From the human T2T-CHM13v2.0 reference genome, Homo sapiens, in assembly GCF_009914755.1 (NCBI RefSeq), contig NC_060931.1: a stretch of DNA of 64,000 bases. The stretch is one strand, 5' to 3'. Positions within the stretch are counted from its first letter, which is position 1, and every line of letters begins with the position of its first letter. Positions 46,225-62,753 of the stretch are shown here, piece after piece. A program made the position numbers and the translations under genes. The notes below the pieces were generated by a model that ran no database searches, was not told the origin of the DNA, and saw nothing but the letters and a program-made list of their open reading frames with translations.

Positions 46225-46642
46225 TAAACCTTAACTTGAGAGGAAAACAAAAAGGGGAAGTGATACCAGAGTTACGGAGGAAAAGCTACTGTCTCAGGAA
46301 CTGAGACCATGGGAGGGACATGATCACTTTTAGAAAGATACAGTCAGAAGAAAGAAGGAAAAAGAGAGGAAGAAAGTGGCTCCTCCTCCTTTTTCTAATG
46401 CCTTGTCGTCAGAATTTCACAGTATGTAATAACTTCCTGTTAAGATATACAGAAAATATAATTTGTATGCTCCCAGCCCTAGGATTACAGAGAATGGTGA
46501 TCACAGGGCTGAAAGAGTTCAGATAAATAACCAGCAACAGGTTATATAAAACCTAAAGTTTTAAAAGATGTTCTCCTTTGTGTCTGAAACTCTGAACTTC
46601 TTAAGTAAGCATTTGTACTTGCCCCTTTTAAAATTAGAGTTA

Positions 46643-46840
<198 letters not shown>

Positions 46841-48692
46841 TTAAGAGTTAATGGTAGCTAAAAAAAAAAAAAAAAAAGCTACTATTCACCAATGTTAAGT
46901 ATACATTTACGGTGTATAAGCAGCTTTTCAAAATGTTTTACATGCACTACCTCACCTAAAACCTATTATAGTGCCTATGTACTGTATGTATGCTGTGTAC
47001 TATGTAGATACACAGAAGATTAAACCAAGGCTCAAAAACATTAAAGAACTTGATAAAAGTCACATTAGAATTCATATTAAAAACAAAAAAGACTCTCTGC
47101 TTTTCAAAATTCCAGACTGTTATGGAATAACTAGAGAATTTGGGTTAAATTCCAGGGTAATTCATAACGATGATTGGCATTTTAAATTTTTTTTTCTTAT
47201 TACTTACAGTTACATACAGCTGAAATTTGTTTTCATGATACTCTTTAAGTATATTAAAGTGTATTAGCAGATTAAGTGATGTTTTAAGCGTTTGGTATAT
47301 TGGACCAGGATTCTTTGAGTTGCAGGTGGCAGAAACTAAATGCAAACTAGCTTTTACAAGAAGTTGGTTTTTTTGGTCGTTAATTTTACTGTTTATCATA
47401 AAAGCTAAACAAAAAAAACCCAGGAAACTAGATAGAATAGTACAACAGCTGGGGTGGCCATATGTCCCAGTTTGCCTGGGATTGTCCAACCCAAGTTTAC
47501 TCATGTTGTCCTGGTGCCTTTCACTCTCAAAAGTGTCTTGGTTTAGATGGTAAATTACATGGTCACCCTAAACACCTAAATACCCATCTCTTTAACAATG
47601 ATTAACGTTTTGGGATGTTTACTTAATCTGTTTTGTTAAGTAAATTATATACATTGAGACATTTTACCCCTGAATACATCAATATATGTCTCTTCAAAAT
47701 AAGCACATATAACCACATTACAGTGATAACACTTAACAAAATGACCAAAAATCTTATAATATTTACATTTTATTTTAGGTACTCCTTGGCCCTGGATTCA
47801 GGCATGGCTGGATTGAGAGGCTCGGATAATATCTTCACTTCTTTTTGCTGTAGACTTTGGTCTTGCTGGTCACATTCTTAGGTTGGCTCTTTCTAGGTGG
47901 TGGCTAAGGTGGCCCCTAGCAATTTCATTTTTTCATAGTCTTTAGTGTTTGTGATCTAGGAGAAAGGTCTTGAAGCACCTATATTAGTCCCTGAAAAAGA
48001 CTGATTGGCCCTGCTTAGGTCACTTGCCCATCTTTTTATAAGCTTTTGTATTCAGACTTACTAAGACTGTGACAAGCCTAGGTTACATGTCTATCCCTGA
48101 GGTGGGAGAAATAAGAATGTATGATTGATGGATAAAGGAGGGAGACGAAGGTAAAGAGAGTTTATGTCCAGAAAGTCTAAGGGATGCTGTGTAGGCAAAA
48201 CAAGATTTCCCTTCATGTAGTAATAGTTAGCATTGATGGATGTTTAGTGGTTTCTCTGGAAACTATGCCTAAGTAAATTTGTTATTAATTCTAAGGAGAT
48301 AGACCTCTATTAATAAGAAGCTCTTTGTATCTGTATGATACACTTATCATAAGATTTCTTTATTTGTAAAACAAAGAAATAATGTACTTGAGGTTAGGGT
48401 AGTTCTTTGATTGTCTGTGATGTTACTTAGAAATGTCCTTTGATTCATATGCATCTAATTTACGTTGCAGCGTTGAGGTGTAGTTTAGAGACTATGTTGG
48501 GTGTTGTCTTGTTCCGAGAGTTTATTACTAAATACCATGGTTAGGCTGCGGCAGACAATAAAACAGTCTGAGAGAGCTTGTCTCTATAGTAATATTTTAA
48601 ACTCATTTAAATTTAGAAAAATATTTTGGCAAAAAATAATGTAAAAACAATTTTAAAAGTTTTGAAGAGGTGACTATCAGATCTATAATTAA

Positions 48693-48968
<276 letters not shown>

Positions 48969-49277
48969 TAAAATCTTATCTTGTAAGGTTGCTGTTTCAA
49001 AAAAACACTGAGCTTCAGAATCAATTACCAGATGATTTAGTTTCCATATTTGCTTCAAGGCCATTTTAAGACCACATGCCTGTGTTTTTGTTTCTTTTTT
49101 TTTTTTTTCCTTGAAGCTCATTTATAGTCACCTAATATCAATGTAGACAATATATGTTAGCTAGATTGTTAATAATTCCTACTACTTATAAAAATCTTGT
49201 ATTTCTAATAGAAGATGCTTTGGCAAAAACAAAAACCTAGAAAAAATTTCAGCTAAACTGTATTTACTAAATGCTAT

Positions 49278-49592
49278 TTGGTTTTGTTTTGTTTTTTTTT
49301 TTGTATTTTTTTTGAGACAGGGTCTCACTGTCTCCGTCACCCAGGCTGGAGTCCAGCTCACTGTGGCCTGGACCTCCTGGGCTCAAGTGATCCTCTCACC
49401 TCATCCTCCTGAGTAGCTGGGAATACAGGTGTATGCCACCCCACCTGACTAGTTTTTTTATTTTTTATTTTTTGTAGAGATGGGGTCTCACTTTATTGTC
49501 CAGGCTAGTCTTGAATTCCTGGGCTCAAGCGATCCTCCCACCTCGGCCTCCCAAAGTGCTGGGATTACAGGCATGAGCCACCACACCTGGCC
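49278..49592 (-). mobile_element. Alu (J-like)
   Basis: Antisense Alu consensus. Confidence 0.88.
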
Positions 49593-50167
49593 ACTAAATT
49601 CTGTTTGAATCTGTTTAATATTACCCTTGATTCAGTAAATATAGCATATCTCACTGGCCAATCAGCACACTGGAGTTTGTTTTAAGGTTCTTTTGGAGCA
49701 GGTCCTCTTTTGAATATCATTGCTAAGAGATTGTGACATTTGTAGTTTTTTGGTGCTGAGATTTAAGCCCATCTCATTTTTAAAAGATAATACATTAGAT
49801 AAATAGCAATGTCCATAAATTAGATTATAATTCTCTCCAATCTAAATTTTCTTCTTTCTTCATCTGCAGATAAGTGGCATTCAAATAGGGAAGAAATGCT
49901 TTTGTAAATATCCATCCAATGCAATCCTTTCAATCTTCTGTCCACTGACCTGCCACTATAAGCAAGGACCAATACCTTAACATTTCTAGAAATTGGTCTT
50001 GAATATGCATCATGATATTTGGATTAAATTTTATCTAGTAAATCTAAATTTTATTATGTGTTAAGTAAAGTTCCTGTGTTTATGTTTTCCAAAATTTTGA
50101 TTGTACTACTGAGAAAGTGGTTATTAAAATATTAAAGCTGCCTTCCATTCTTAATCTCTTCTGATGA

Positions 50168-50347
<180 letters not shown>

Positions 50348-50567
50348 TAAGGTTTTATATGGCATAGAGATGGCACTATCCTTTTTCTGGCACTTCAGTC
50401 TCAGGTAATGAATATTAATTACTTTAAATGTGACAGCCTCATTATGGATTTTGTTTTGATAAATTATAATAGTATAGATAATGGAAAAATAGACACTGTA
50501 AACTTTATTTGGCTCATGTGTACATACATCTATACGAGAATGAATATATCAAAGCATATTTAGCTAG

Positions 50568-50840
<273 letters not shown>

Positions 50841-51098
50841 TGATTTTGGTTTCTTTTATATTTCTGAAGTACTATTTTACTTGTGTTAATTGGTTAATTT
50901 ATTTTTATCACCGTTTTGGGTCAAAATTGGCTGTATTAAAATGTCATGTGAATTGTATAATTTTTTTCTTCTAAGTTCTTGCCTCAATTATCCAAAATTA
51001 TCTGAAATAAAACATATAGGCATTGTTACTTAAGTGAATAAAATGTATATTATAGTATGTGATTCTACTTTTGTACAATGTACCATGAGCATTTGTGT

Positions 51099-51251
51099 AC
51101 TATACAAAAATGGCTTTTTGCATACAACTATACAAAAATGGCTTTTTGCATACAACTATACAAAAATGGCTTTTTGCATACAACTATACAAAAATGGCTT
51201 TTTGCATACAACTATACAAAAATGGCTTCTTGTATAGTTTGTATAGTTGTA
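51099..51251. repeat. Minisatellite: four perfect 28-bp units (actatacaaaaatggctttttgcataca) plus a variant fifth unit
   Basis: Units start at 51099, 51127, 51155, 51183 and 51211. Confidence 0.97.
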
Positions 51252-52633
51252 CCATCAATGAAGACTTACCAAATAGGAAAATATAATTACAGCAAACATT
51301 AAAAAAAACCTAACTCAAGCTTGTATTATTATTATTATTATTTTGAATATTCAGAACACTTAAGGGTTGTATTACTAGTTTATATATACCTATAATAAAT
51401 GTGAAAAAAGTTAAAAGGCTATGATCAAAATATTGAGTGTAACTGATGAAAGGTACTTAATCAAGAAAAGGGATATTGCAAATAACTATTCTGTCACTTT
51501 GTTAACTCCACTAATACCATATTTCATCAATTTGTGATTGTGCTCTTAGGATAAAGTTTATCATGCATTACAGAACTAAGCAGTTATATCCAGGGCATAT
51601 TTTCGTTGATTGTAATTTTGGGGAAAGTTTTCCAGATTTTAATAGTTTACAGTAACATGGCATTAAGTGAAAATCCTTTCTATTCCAATCACCTATTCTT
51701 CCTCCAGGGACAATATGTTTTGTTTTCGTTTTTAAACTTGGGTTGAATTCTGTCTATATCTCTCTCTTCTTTAGTCTTTTAAAAAAAATGTTTTGCACAT
51801 AACTAACTTGGATGTAATATAGCTCTCCTTTCTAACTTTGGCATGCAACAATTTAGTCACTGCAAAGTCAGTTTCTTGAGCATTTCCAGATAAGCAGTTA
51901 TAAATAGCGTAATGGATATATTTCACTTTTTGGGAATCATTCTTTTGTTTTGGTTGTCTACAACTGATATTATGTGTAGTATTCAGAGTCCCCCTAAAAC
52001 TAGCAGGGTTGATACCTTTGGAAGTTTACTATGTTTCTCTTATCAAATGAGATAGAGACTTAAATATTCCTCCTGTTGGGCAGCAGCATGACCATGATCA
52101 TGACTGCCATTGCAGTGGCTGTCCATTATAGTGGCGAACTCACTCTGGATTTATTCTCTTTAATCATGACAGCTGTACATCTAAATATTTTAAAAGATGT
52201 ACTGTGTTTATCTCATTTTGGGGCTGGTTTGCTAGCATATGAATGAGACTTTTATTAGGTACAAGTAGATCTTAAGAGAAGTGTTAATTTTAGAAGTCCT
52301 AAGCTGAGTTCAGAGATCTTGATGATATTTTCTTCTTTCAGGCTTTGTTAAGACAGGAAGTGCTTAAACTAAGCACTTATCAACTAAGCACTTATCAACT
52401 TATCAACTAAGACTTAACAAAATTGTTTCTGGTGATAAATTGAAAAGCTGGATACTTCCGTTAAGTTATCTCTGTTAACATAACTGATAGGAAAATAAAT
52501 TAATAACCACACAGATACCTAAGCTTTGTGTATGGTATGTTGATGGTTTTCTAGATGTTAGGTTGAGAACCACTATTCTATTTTTGTATATATATATATT
52601 TTTAACCTATCTCACTGCACACTGAGAGAACCA

Positions 52634-54024
<1,391 letters not shown>

Positions 54025-54803
54025 CTAATAAGTACCATCCTAAGCCAGGCATTGAGTCACATGCTGGGAGTACAATGCTGAAGCTCATAAGCTAGTGGGG
54101 GAAAATCACATATAAACCCACTGAAATACAGTGTTAGAAATGCAAACAAAATATCCTAGGAGAACAAAGGAGGGTACAATGATCTCTGCCAAGGAGAGTC
54201 AGGAAGGCTTCACATTTCGATTGGGTCTTGAAGTGAATTTAAACAAGGAGTTGGATATGCAATGTTTTTACAAGAAGAGTAGTTCTCAGAAATCTGATAA
54301 GGTCATAGAAACTAAGCTAAACTCAAGAAGCTAAGAATAGGAGAGTGAGCAGCTAAGGCACAGTGGAGGAGGAGAGCGGCAACCTTATGATGGTTCACTG
54401 ACTGGCTGAATGACTAAGTCTGGATTGCTGGGCCTTCTTCGAGGTCCTTCCCCCTCAGCTTGGAAAGATATTCCTAGGAAAAGCCCCTAGTTGTCCCTAC
54501 AAGCTTCTTTAACACCCAGACCAGAATTAAATCTGAGATTTTTTTTCTCAGAGAATCATGGAATGATAGAGTCAGAAAAGATACTGAAAATCACAGTTTT
54601 GTTGTCTCTAACATCCCTCAGAATCTTAGGGATTCTCAAAATGGGAAATGAAAGTCTGTAATCAATTTTCAATATTCTGAAAAACCTACCAGAAATTTGA
54701 CATTTTCTGGTAGTATTAAATCACAGCTTTCCTTGGTTTGTGCTAGAGTTATATCGGATCCACATTAAACTGAGATTCTGACTGAGCTGTCTTCTAAATA
54801 TAA

Positions 54804-55433
<630 letters not shown>

Positions 55434-55895
55434 TTGTTTTCTCATTATTTTTATGCTCAATTTGGTAAAAAGCTTTTCAAAATCTAGGAGTAAGGTAATA
55501 AATTACTACAATATTTGCAATTTACAAAAAAACATTTTCACTGATTTCATCTTAATTTATTCTTCATAACACTGCAGTCACTAATAACAGCAGAGCCGGG
55601 AGGCCACCACTCTCGGGCCAGAGTTCTTTTCAACCGCTCCAAGCTTCTAGGGTTTTTTCCTTGCCAAGGGTGTTGCTAAGGGTGCACTGTGCATGTCCAG
55701 GAAATACTGCTTCTATCATGGAATAAATAAAAGCGTGTATAGAGATATATGTCTCCTGTTTTCAAGAAACTACTAGCCTTGCTGTCCAGGTGCCTGTGAT
55801 TCATGGTGTTTGGGTTGATCTAAGAAAATAGCATTAACTCTGGTTTTATGAAATGAATATTACATGCATGAATTGTAAATATCAGAAGGTAGATT

Positions 55896-55898
55896 TGT

Positions 55899-55933
<35 letters not shown>
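55896..55933. repeat. (TG)n microsatellite
   Basis: Read directly from the sequence. Confidence 0.95.
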
Positions 55934-55938
<5 letters not shown>

Positions 55939-56504
55939 CTAAAAAGTATAATTTCTTCCTATACGGTAATACTTTAATTCCTAATATCAGCTTCTTTCTG
56001 CTTTCCATTTTTGCTGAGGAATGGTGATTTCAGTATATATGTTTATTTTAAAATCAAAATGCTTTTTATCTTGCATTCTGTTTATTTTTGTGCATGTTTT
56101 GAAGTTGACAAAATAGAATTAACTTCCCTTTTAAAAATGTAAGTAGAATTTTACAATATTTGTTTTTTAAATAAGTCTCTCATCCCCACTGCCTTTACTG
56201 TATTTTTATTCCCTAAAACAAGGCAACAGGAGGAATTATTTAAACATCTAAGTCTCAGTAACCTGTGTTCCTTTTAATAAATTAATTTTACCAATACTGT
56301 CCCTTTGAGGTAGTTACTTTTGTTTATTAATGCCAACATGAGTCATATAGCAATCAGTGGTAAAACTAAACCTGCCTGGAGCAACCACGTTTTTGACCCT
56401 CTTTACCTGCAATAATTGGAATTTAGCTCTCCTACCATTTACACTCCAGCTTGGGAGACAGAGTGAGACCCTGTCTCTCTTAAAAACAAAACAAAACAAA
56501 ACCA

Positions 56505-56870
56505 CAGTTGTTTCTTGGTATCCATGGGAGATTGGTTCTGGGATACCTCCACCCACCACCACTCCCAACCACCCCCCCACCCAGGATACCAACCTCTGAG
56601 GATGCTCAAGTCTCGTGTATAAATGGTATAATATTTGCATATAACACATGCATATCCTCTCATTTACTTTAAATCCTCTTTTAATACCTAATAATGGTAT
56701 AAATGTTATGTAAATCATTATTATACTGTATTGCTTAGGGAATAATGACAAGAAAAATACGTCTGTACATGTTCAGTACAGGTGCAAGCATAGTAAGCCT
56801 AACTGCATTTTCAATTTGAGGTTGGTTGAATCCACAAATATGGAACCTGTGGATATGGAGGCCTGGTCGT
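56505..56870. mobile_element. MER2-type Tigger DNA transposon
   Basis: ggtatccatgggagattggttc...ggatgctcaagtc...tggaacctgtggatatggagg. Confidence 0.8.
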
Positions 56871-57560
56871 GACCCACTTATTATCCTGCTTTCACCTTCT
56901 AGCTTTAGCATCTATAGATTATTCTTGCCCTAATTATTGTTATGATTCCCAAGTGGTTATTTTTCTAACTCCATCATTCCTTCTACATTTATTAGTCGGC
57001 ATTCTGCTTTAAGGAGAAGTTTTCCTTTATTTATTTACTCATATATTTCTATTTTATTCAATTTTTTATTGTCATTTATTTTGATGATCAGATCAACCTA
57101 ATTTTGGCCATGGAACCCCTTTGAGCAATTAACCTTGCTATCCGACATATCTGTATCAGTCTTTGAGCATTTCCTTACTTTCTGGCACAACAAAATGTTT
57201 TGGGTTCAACTTGTATTTCCTCTGTCCCAGCCTAGAATCAACTATTGTTTCAAGAAGAGTAGTATATAGAAACCAAAATCTGAGTTCAAGATACACTTGT
57301 TGCGATTGGGGTGTTGTTAACCCCAGTCCTTTTCAGTGAGCACAGCTAGAAAATGTGTATTTGGTCCTTTACAATTACATTTATTTCTATAGCTATCCAG
57401 GTATATTATACACCATCAATTTGCATTGATAGCTCCAATTCAAATACAATCCTGCGGGGTTCATTCTATCTCTTCTTTTTATATTTATATCTTCTTTCTG
57501 TGTCAGTGAGAAAAATCTGATTCCCATTATCCTCAATATGTTTACTTATTCCATTAGTCA
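56871..57560 (-). mobile_element. Old L1M 3' fragment
   Basis: ttgagcatttccttactttctggcacaacaaaatgtt is an L1MC/ME-like motif. Confidence 0.55.
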
Positions 57561-60149
57561 CCTTTATATAGATCAACTTCTAACCCTGCCAGGCTGCACC
57601 TGGTACTTTTCTCTAATATTGTCCCTAAATGGGCTTCCATTATTGACTATCACTGGGCTGCTTTTGCTGTCCCACTCCACTGATATTCTTGCAAGTGCTT
57701 TCATTACCAGCTACTGGCAGGCTGCCTTTGTTTGTAAACTCTGAGAGTAATACTTACATTTAGCATTTTTCTTTTGCCACTGCAGTTTAGTTTGCAACTT
57801 ACCTTCATAGGGTTCATGAGAAGCATCAAATACCTACTACAGCTTAGTAAATTACTGTTCTTGTCTGCTGAGAGTGTAGCATGAACTTTGAGGAGATAGT
57901 GGGGAGAGAAACAACCCAGAGAAGATTGGAGGGAAGCAGAGGTAAGGACAGGAGGAAGTGAGAGATAGCTGAAAGGTATCATATGGGATGAATGCTACCA
58001 GTACTCTTTCCCCTGCTTTCACGTAGTATTTACCCTGCCCTGTTAAGGAAAGAATACATTCTCCTTAGAAAAATGGTTAAAGCAGCAGTTATTACAGACT
58101 CAAAGACCCTTTTACTGGCCTACCCTCACCCCCCTACCACCACCCTTTTTTTTAACCCTATAGAGTCTGGTTCATTCTACACATTCCCAAATTTTCAGCC
58201 ACTATTTCTACTTTGACTGCTGGCCTCCAGGCTCATGTTTTCAGTTGCCTACTAACATTTCTCAGAGTGTTCCATCTTTCTTCCTAAATAAATTTCTCTT
58301 CTTGCATATACTGTCTGATTAATGGTTCTACCAACTTTTCCATCTTCTTTCACCTAATTTATCCCCCTTTTCCTCTCCCTTCTCAGCCCAGTCTGATTTT
58401 CATGAACCTTTATAAATACCTTTCCAGTACATTCTCTCTTCCTTATCTTTGAGTTTCTGACATTTTCAGGATATCAAGTAACAACTTCACTTGGTCTTTT
58501 TCCACATCTGCAGGTTGCACAGTGTTCAAGGGAGAGGTAAAGGAGACAATTAATAACTAATGTTTCTATCACTTTCTTTCCCAGACAGAGGAAGTAACAA
58601 GTTTCCTCTGCGTCTTTTATTTTCTATTTTTTGCCCATTTTCCTCTATCCTATAATTCATGTTCCTCCCTCTCTCCATCCTCTTTATCCTATGGCTTATT
58701 GTTCCCTTGGTCTCTCCATGCTTCTGAGGATCATACAGAAAGTAAAGGATCTGGAGATTTGGCTTTTCAGTCTTGCAACTCTGTGGAGATGTGCTCTGAA
58801 TGACTAAAAAGCACTGGAGCTCTGTAGAGCATATGGGAAATAATGGTCTTTCTGCCCCTTTAGGAACCTTGGAGAAGAAGGACAAGGAAGGAAAGGGGCC
58901 TGTTTGCATAAGACAGAAACTTTCTAGGTTGATGAGTGTGTTAAAAAATCCTAACAGGCAGTTTCCCAGAGAGTAGGCAGTTTGAGGTAGTATGGAGAAT
59001 ATAATTAACTTAATAGTCAGAAGGTCTGTACTCTAGTGCGAGCTTTGCTTCTAACTGACTGCATGACCTTAAATAAGTCACTTAGACTGGTTCTTCGTCC
59101 TTGTTTCCAAAATGAGCATGTAGAATAGGTGAGTTTTAAGGTCCTGCTCAGTTCTAAAATACAGATTCCAATAGAACTGAGTAACTTAGTGTTAAAACTA
59201 ATGTGGGGTTTTTTGGTATGTGTGCATTTTTAAAAAACTTTTGGTTTTTGACCTAACTGAAGGCAATATACTATTTTTATTTTTCCTTACTTGCAAAATT
59301 GATACCTCTAACAAAAATTCAAGGGAATTTATTTAAATATAATTGCTTTAAAAATGTTTTATGATAGATAATCTGCATTGAGCACATTTTAATTTTGTGT
59401 GGGACTAACTTTATATTTCTACTAACCGTTTCCTTTGGATAACTGTTCTTTCATCCACTGTAGTCTTTGAAGAGGACTCCTCAAGTGTTTGCCTGTTAGT
59501 AAAAAACATCTTATTTCCCATGTTGTATTTTATGTGTTGAAAAAAAAATTTATTCTTATAAATTCCTCAATTCTAGCCCTTTAGATATTTATAAGCTGCA
59601 TGATTGCTAATATCTTTTCCAGAGATTATTTCAGTGGGTGAAAGAGGTTACTTCTTTATTTTCTTTGTGTTGTTCTTTTTCACTTCTTCCATTATTTAGA
59701 AACTTATTTAAAATTTTCGTTTTTTTATATCTTTTTATGTTGCAAAAGACCTGTGTCTTCACTGTATATTAAAATGAGTTGTATACTAAAAGGAATTTAT
59801 CAAACTAAGTTAAACCATGAATTGCAACTTAACCTGACAATTAGATCATTTCTTAAATAAAACTTCAAAATATATTTTTAACCATAATAAAATGGGCAAA
59901 ATTTTGTTTCTAGATTTTGTTCAAAGACCAGATGATTTACTAAGAATTTTTTGATAAGTTAGGGCATGTCTCCTAGAATTGTTATCTGTAAGACCTCAAA
60001 ACCTTTAAGCTGAAATAGGACATTAATTTACATGTTTATTTTAGCTGTTAGATATATTTCTAAATTATTATACAAATAGGGTGGTCATTAAAATTTAGAG
60101 AAATAGCTATCTGATGTAATTATTAACAGATTATAATTTCTATCAGTAA

Positions 60150-60446
<297 letters not shown>

Positions 60447-60616
60447 TGACTTAGATATAGTAGTTGCCCTTGAACTAAGTATTTTCTCCAGAATTAATTC
60501 TGTGAGCGTTTATAACACTGATGAAACTGTAAATGAGATAAAGTGTTGTGATTAAACTTGATTGACAATATAATCTGACACCTTCTGAATTGATGGCTTC
60601 AGTTTTTCCAAAATGC

Positions 60617-60909
60617 TTTTTTTGAGACGGGGTCTTACTCTGTTATCCAGGCTGGAGTGAGGTGGTGCGATCTTGGCTCACAGCATCCTCAGCCTCCCAG
60701 GCACAAACGATCTTCCCACCTCAGCCTCCTGAGTAGCTAGAACTACAGGCATGCGCCACCATGCCCGGCTAATTTTTTTTTTGTTTTTTGTAGAGACAGG
60801 GCTTAGCCATGTTGCCCACGCTGGTCTCGAACTTCTGGACTCAAGCAGTCCACCCACCTCAGCCTTCTAAAGTTCTAGGATTACAGGCATGAGCCACTGT
60901 GGCTAGCCC
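60617..60909 (-). mobile_element. Alu (J-like)
   Basis: Antisense Alu with TSD ccaaaatg. Confidence 0.88.
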
Positions 60910-61941
60910 CAAAATGTTAAAAGCACTTTATAATTTACAGTTGTTGTTTGTTAAGCCTTACTTTTTCTTTCCCTATTTCTGTGTGTGTAAGAATTTGCAC
61001 TAAGTGGAACATGCGAATAATTCAGGAAGCTGAACAGGGAAACCAGTTTTCCATTCATGTTCTCTATAAGAAGATATCTTGTTTTTCCTGCATTCATTAC
61101 CTGTGGTGTCAACATACCTGTTTTGTTTTCTTTTGTTTTGTTTTTAATCTGGAAAAAATCTTACTGGGGACATATTTGTTAAAGAGAACAATTATTTCTT
61201 TACTTTTCCAAAATAGAGAGACTCTGGTTTTATTGTAACAAAGCTTAATGTGATGTCTTCTATTTCTTTGCTTCACTGAATTTTTTTTGGTTGAACAGTT
61301 TATTCTTTAGAAGCTGTTACAGTAAAAAAATAGAGAGAGAGTCAAATTAAAAGATGTTACCTCTCTTACATTTGGGAATGTGAGCATGAACATATTGTGT
61401 TAAGGAAAATAAAGAAAAGAGGATTCTCTAATTTTGGGTAAAGTATATGTTACTACTTGAACGTTCATGTATTTTCAGTACCAGTAGCCATAGAAGAGCA
61501 TGGGCCTGCAATGAATGTAGTCCCTTACTCTGATTTTAGATTTTTTTCAGCATTTAGCTCTGATAATGTGAGCCTCTCATCACTGTTATTCAGCAGATAA
61601 ATTTTCAGTCATATGCTTTCAAACACGTTTTCAGGCTTGTATTAATATTACCTAGTAAAGTTGTATGAGGAACATGAAAATATCAATAAAACGTATGCTC
61701 TAGAGTCATTTAATTTCGTAATTTCTAAACTCTGGATATCTTTTACAAATTGATGTGTGTAGAATGTTGTCTGACGTGCGCACATGCAGTTGCTATTTAC
61801 TTCCTCTTATCCTGTAAACCATTATTAAATTAGTGGTGGGTCTTACAATTGATGGCTTTTTCAGTTTGAAAAAATAGTATAATATGTTCTTTCACCTTCT
61901 TTTAAGTGGTCTCTGTTCTGCTTTTCTCCTGTTTATATTCC

Positions 61942-62249
61942 TTTTTTTTTTTTTTTTTTTTTTTGAGACATGGTCTCACTATGTTGCCCAGGCCAGAGTT
62001 CAGTGGTGCGATTATAGCTCACTGCAGCCTAAAACTCCTGTGCTCAAGTGATCCTCTCACCTCACTCTCCTGAATAGCTAGGAGTACAGGTGTGCACTGC
62101 TATGCCTGGCTGATTTTTTATTTTTATTTTTTAAGAGACTGAGTTTTGCTATGTTGCCCAGGCTGGTCTCGAACCCCTGGCCTCAAACAGTCTTCCCACT
62201 TCAGCCTCCCAAAGTGCTGAGATTACAGGCTTGAGCCACTGTGCCTGGC
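61942..62249 (-). mobile_element. Alu (J-like)
   Basis: Poly-T followed by antisense Alu consensus. Confidence 0.88.
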
Positions 62250-62546
62250 ATATTTCTTATTTTTGGATGCTGTTTCAAATCCTTTTCTGAACAGAAATAT
62301 TACAGGATAATATTTGACAAATGGCTGTTGAAGTACTTTTAAAAGTAAAAATGCCTTAAAAGTATAGTCACTGATTTAAGATATTTTTTCAGAAAATCAG
62401 GTAATACTAATTAGTTACTTTGTGGTAGTTGAGGATATTTTGAAGTTGTGTGTATATATGTATGTGTAATTTCAAATTTCATAGTTTAAAAGCTAAAAGG
62501 TTGGTTAGAAATTACCTATAATCCTCTTTGTGTACTCCCAACTTAG

Positions 62547-62753
<207 letters not shown>

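Noticed and set aside
51099-51240. 28-bp palindromic direct repeats resembling a CRISPR array
   Set aside because: The units abut with no spacers, there are no cas genes and the context is a primate intron. It is a minisatellite, and the three overlapping ORFs here are repeat artefacts.
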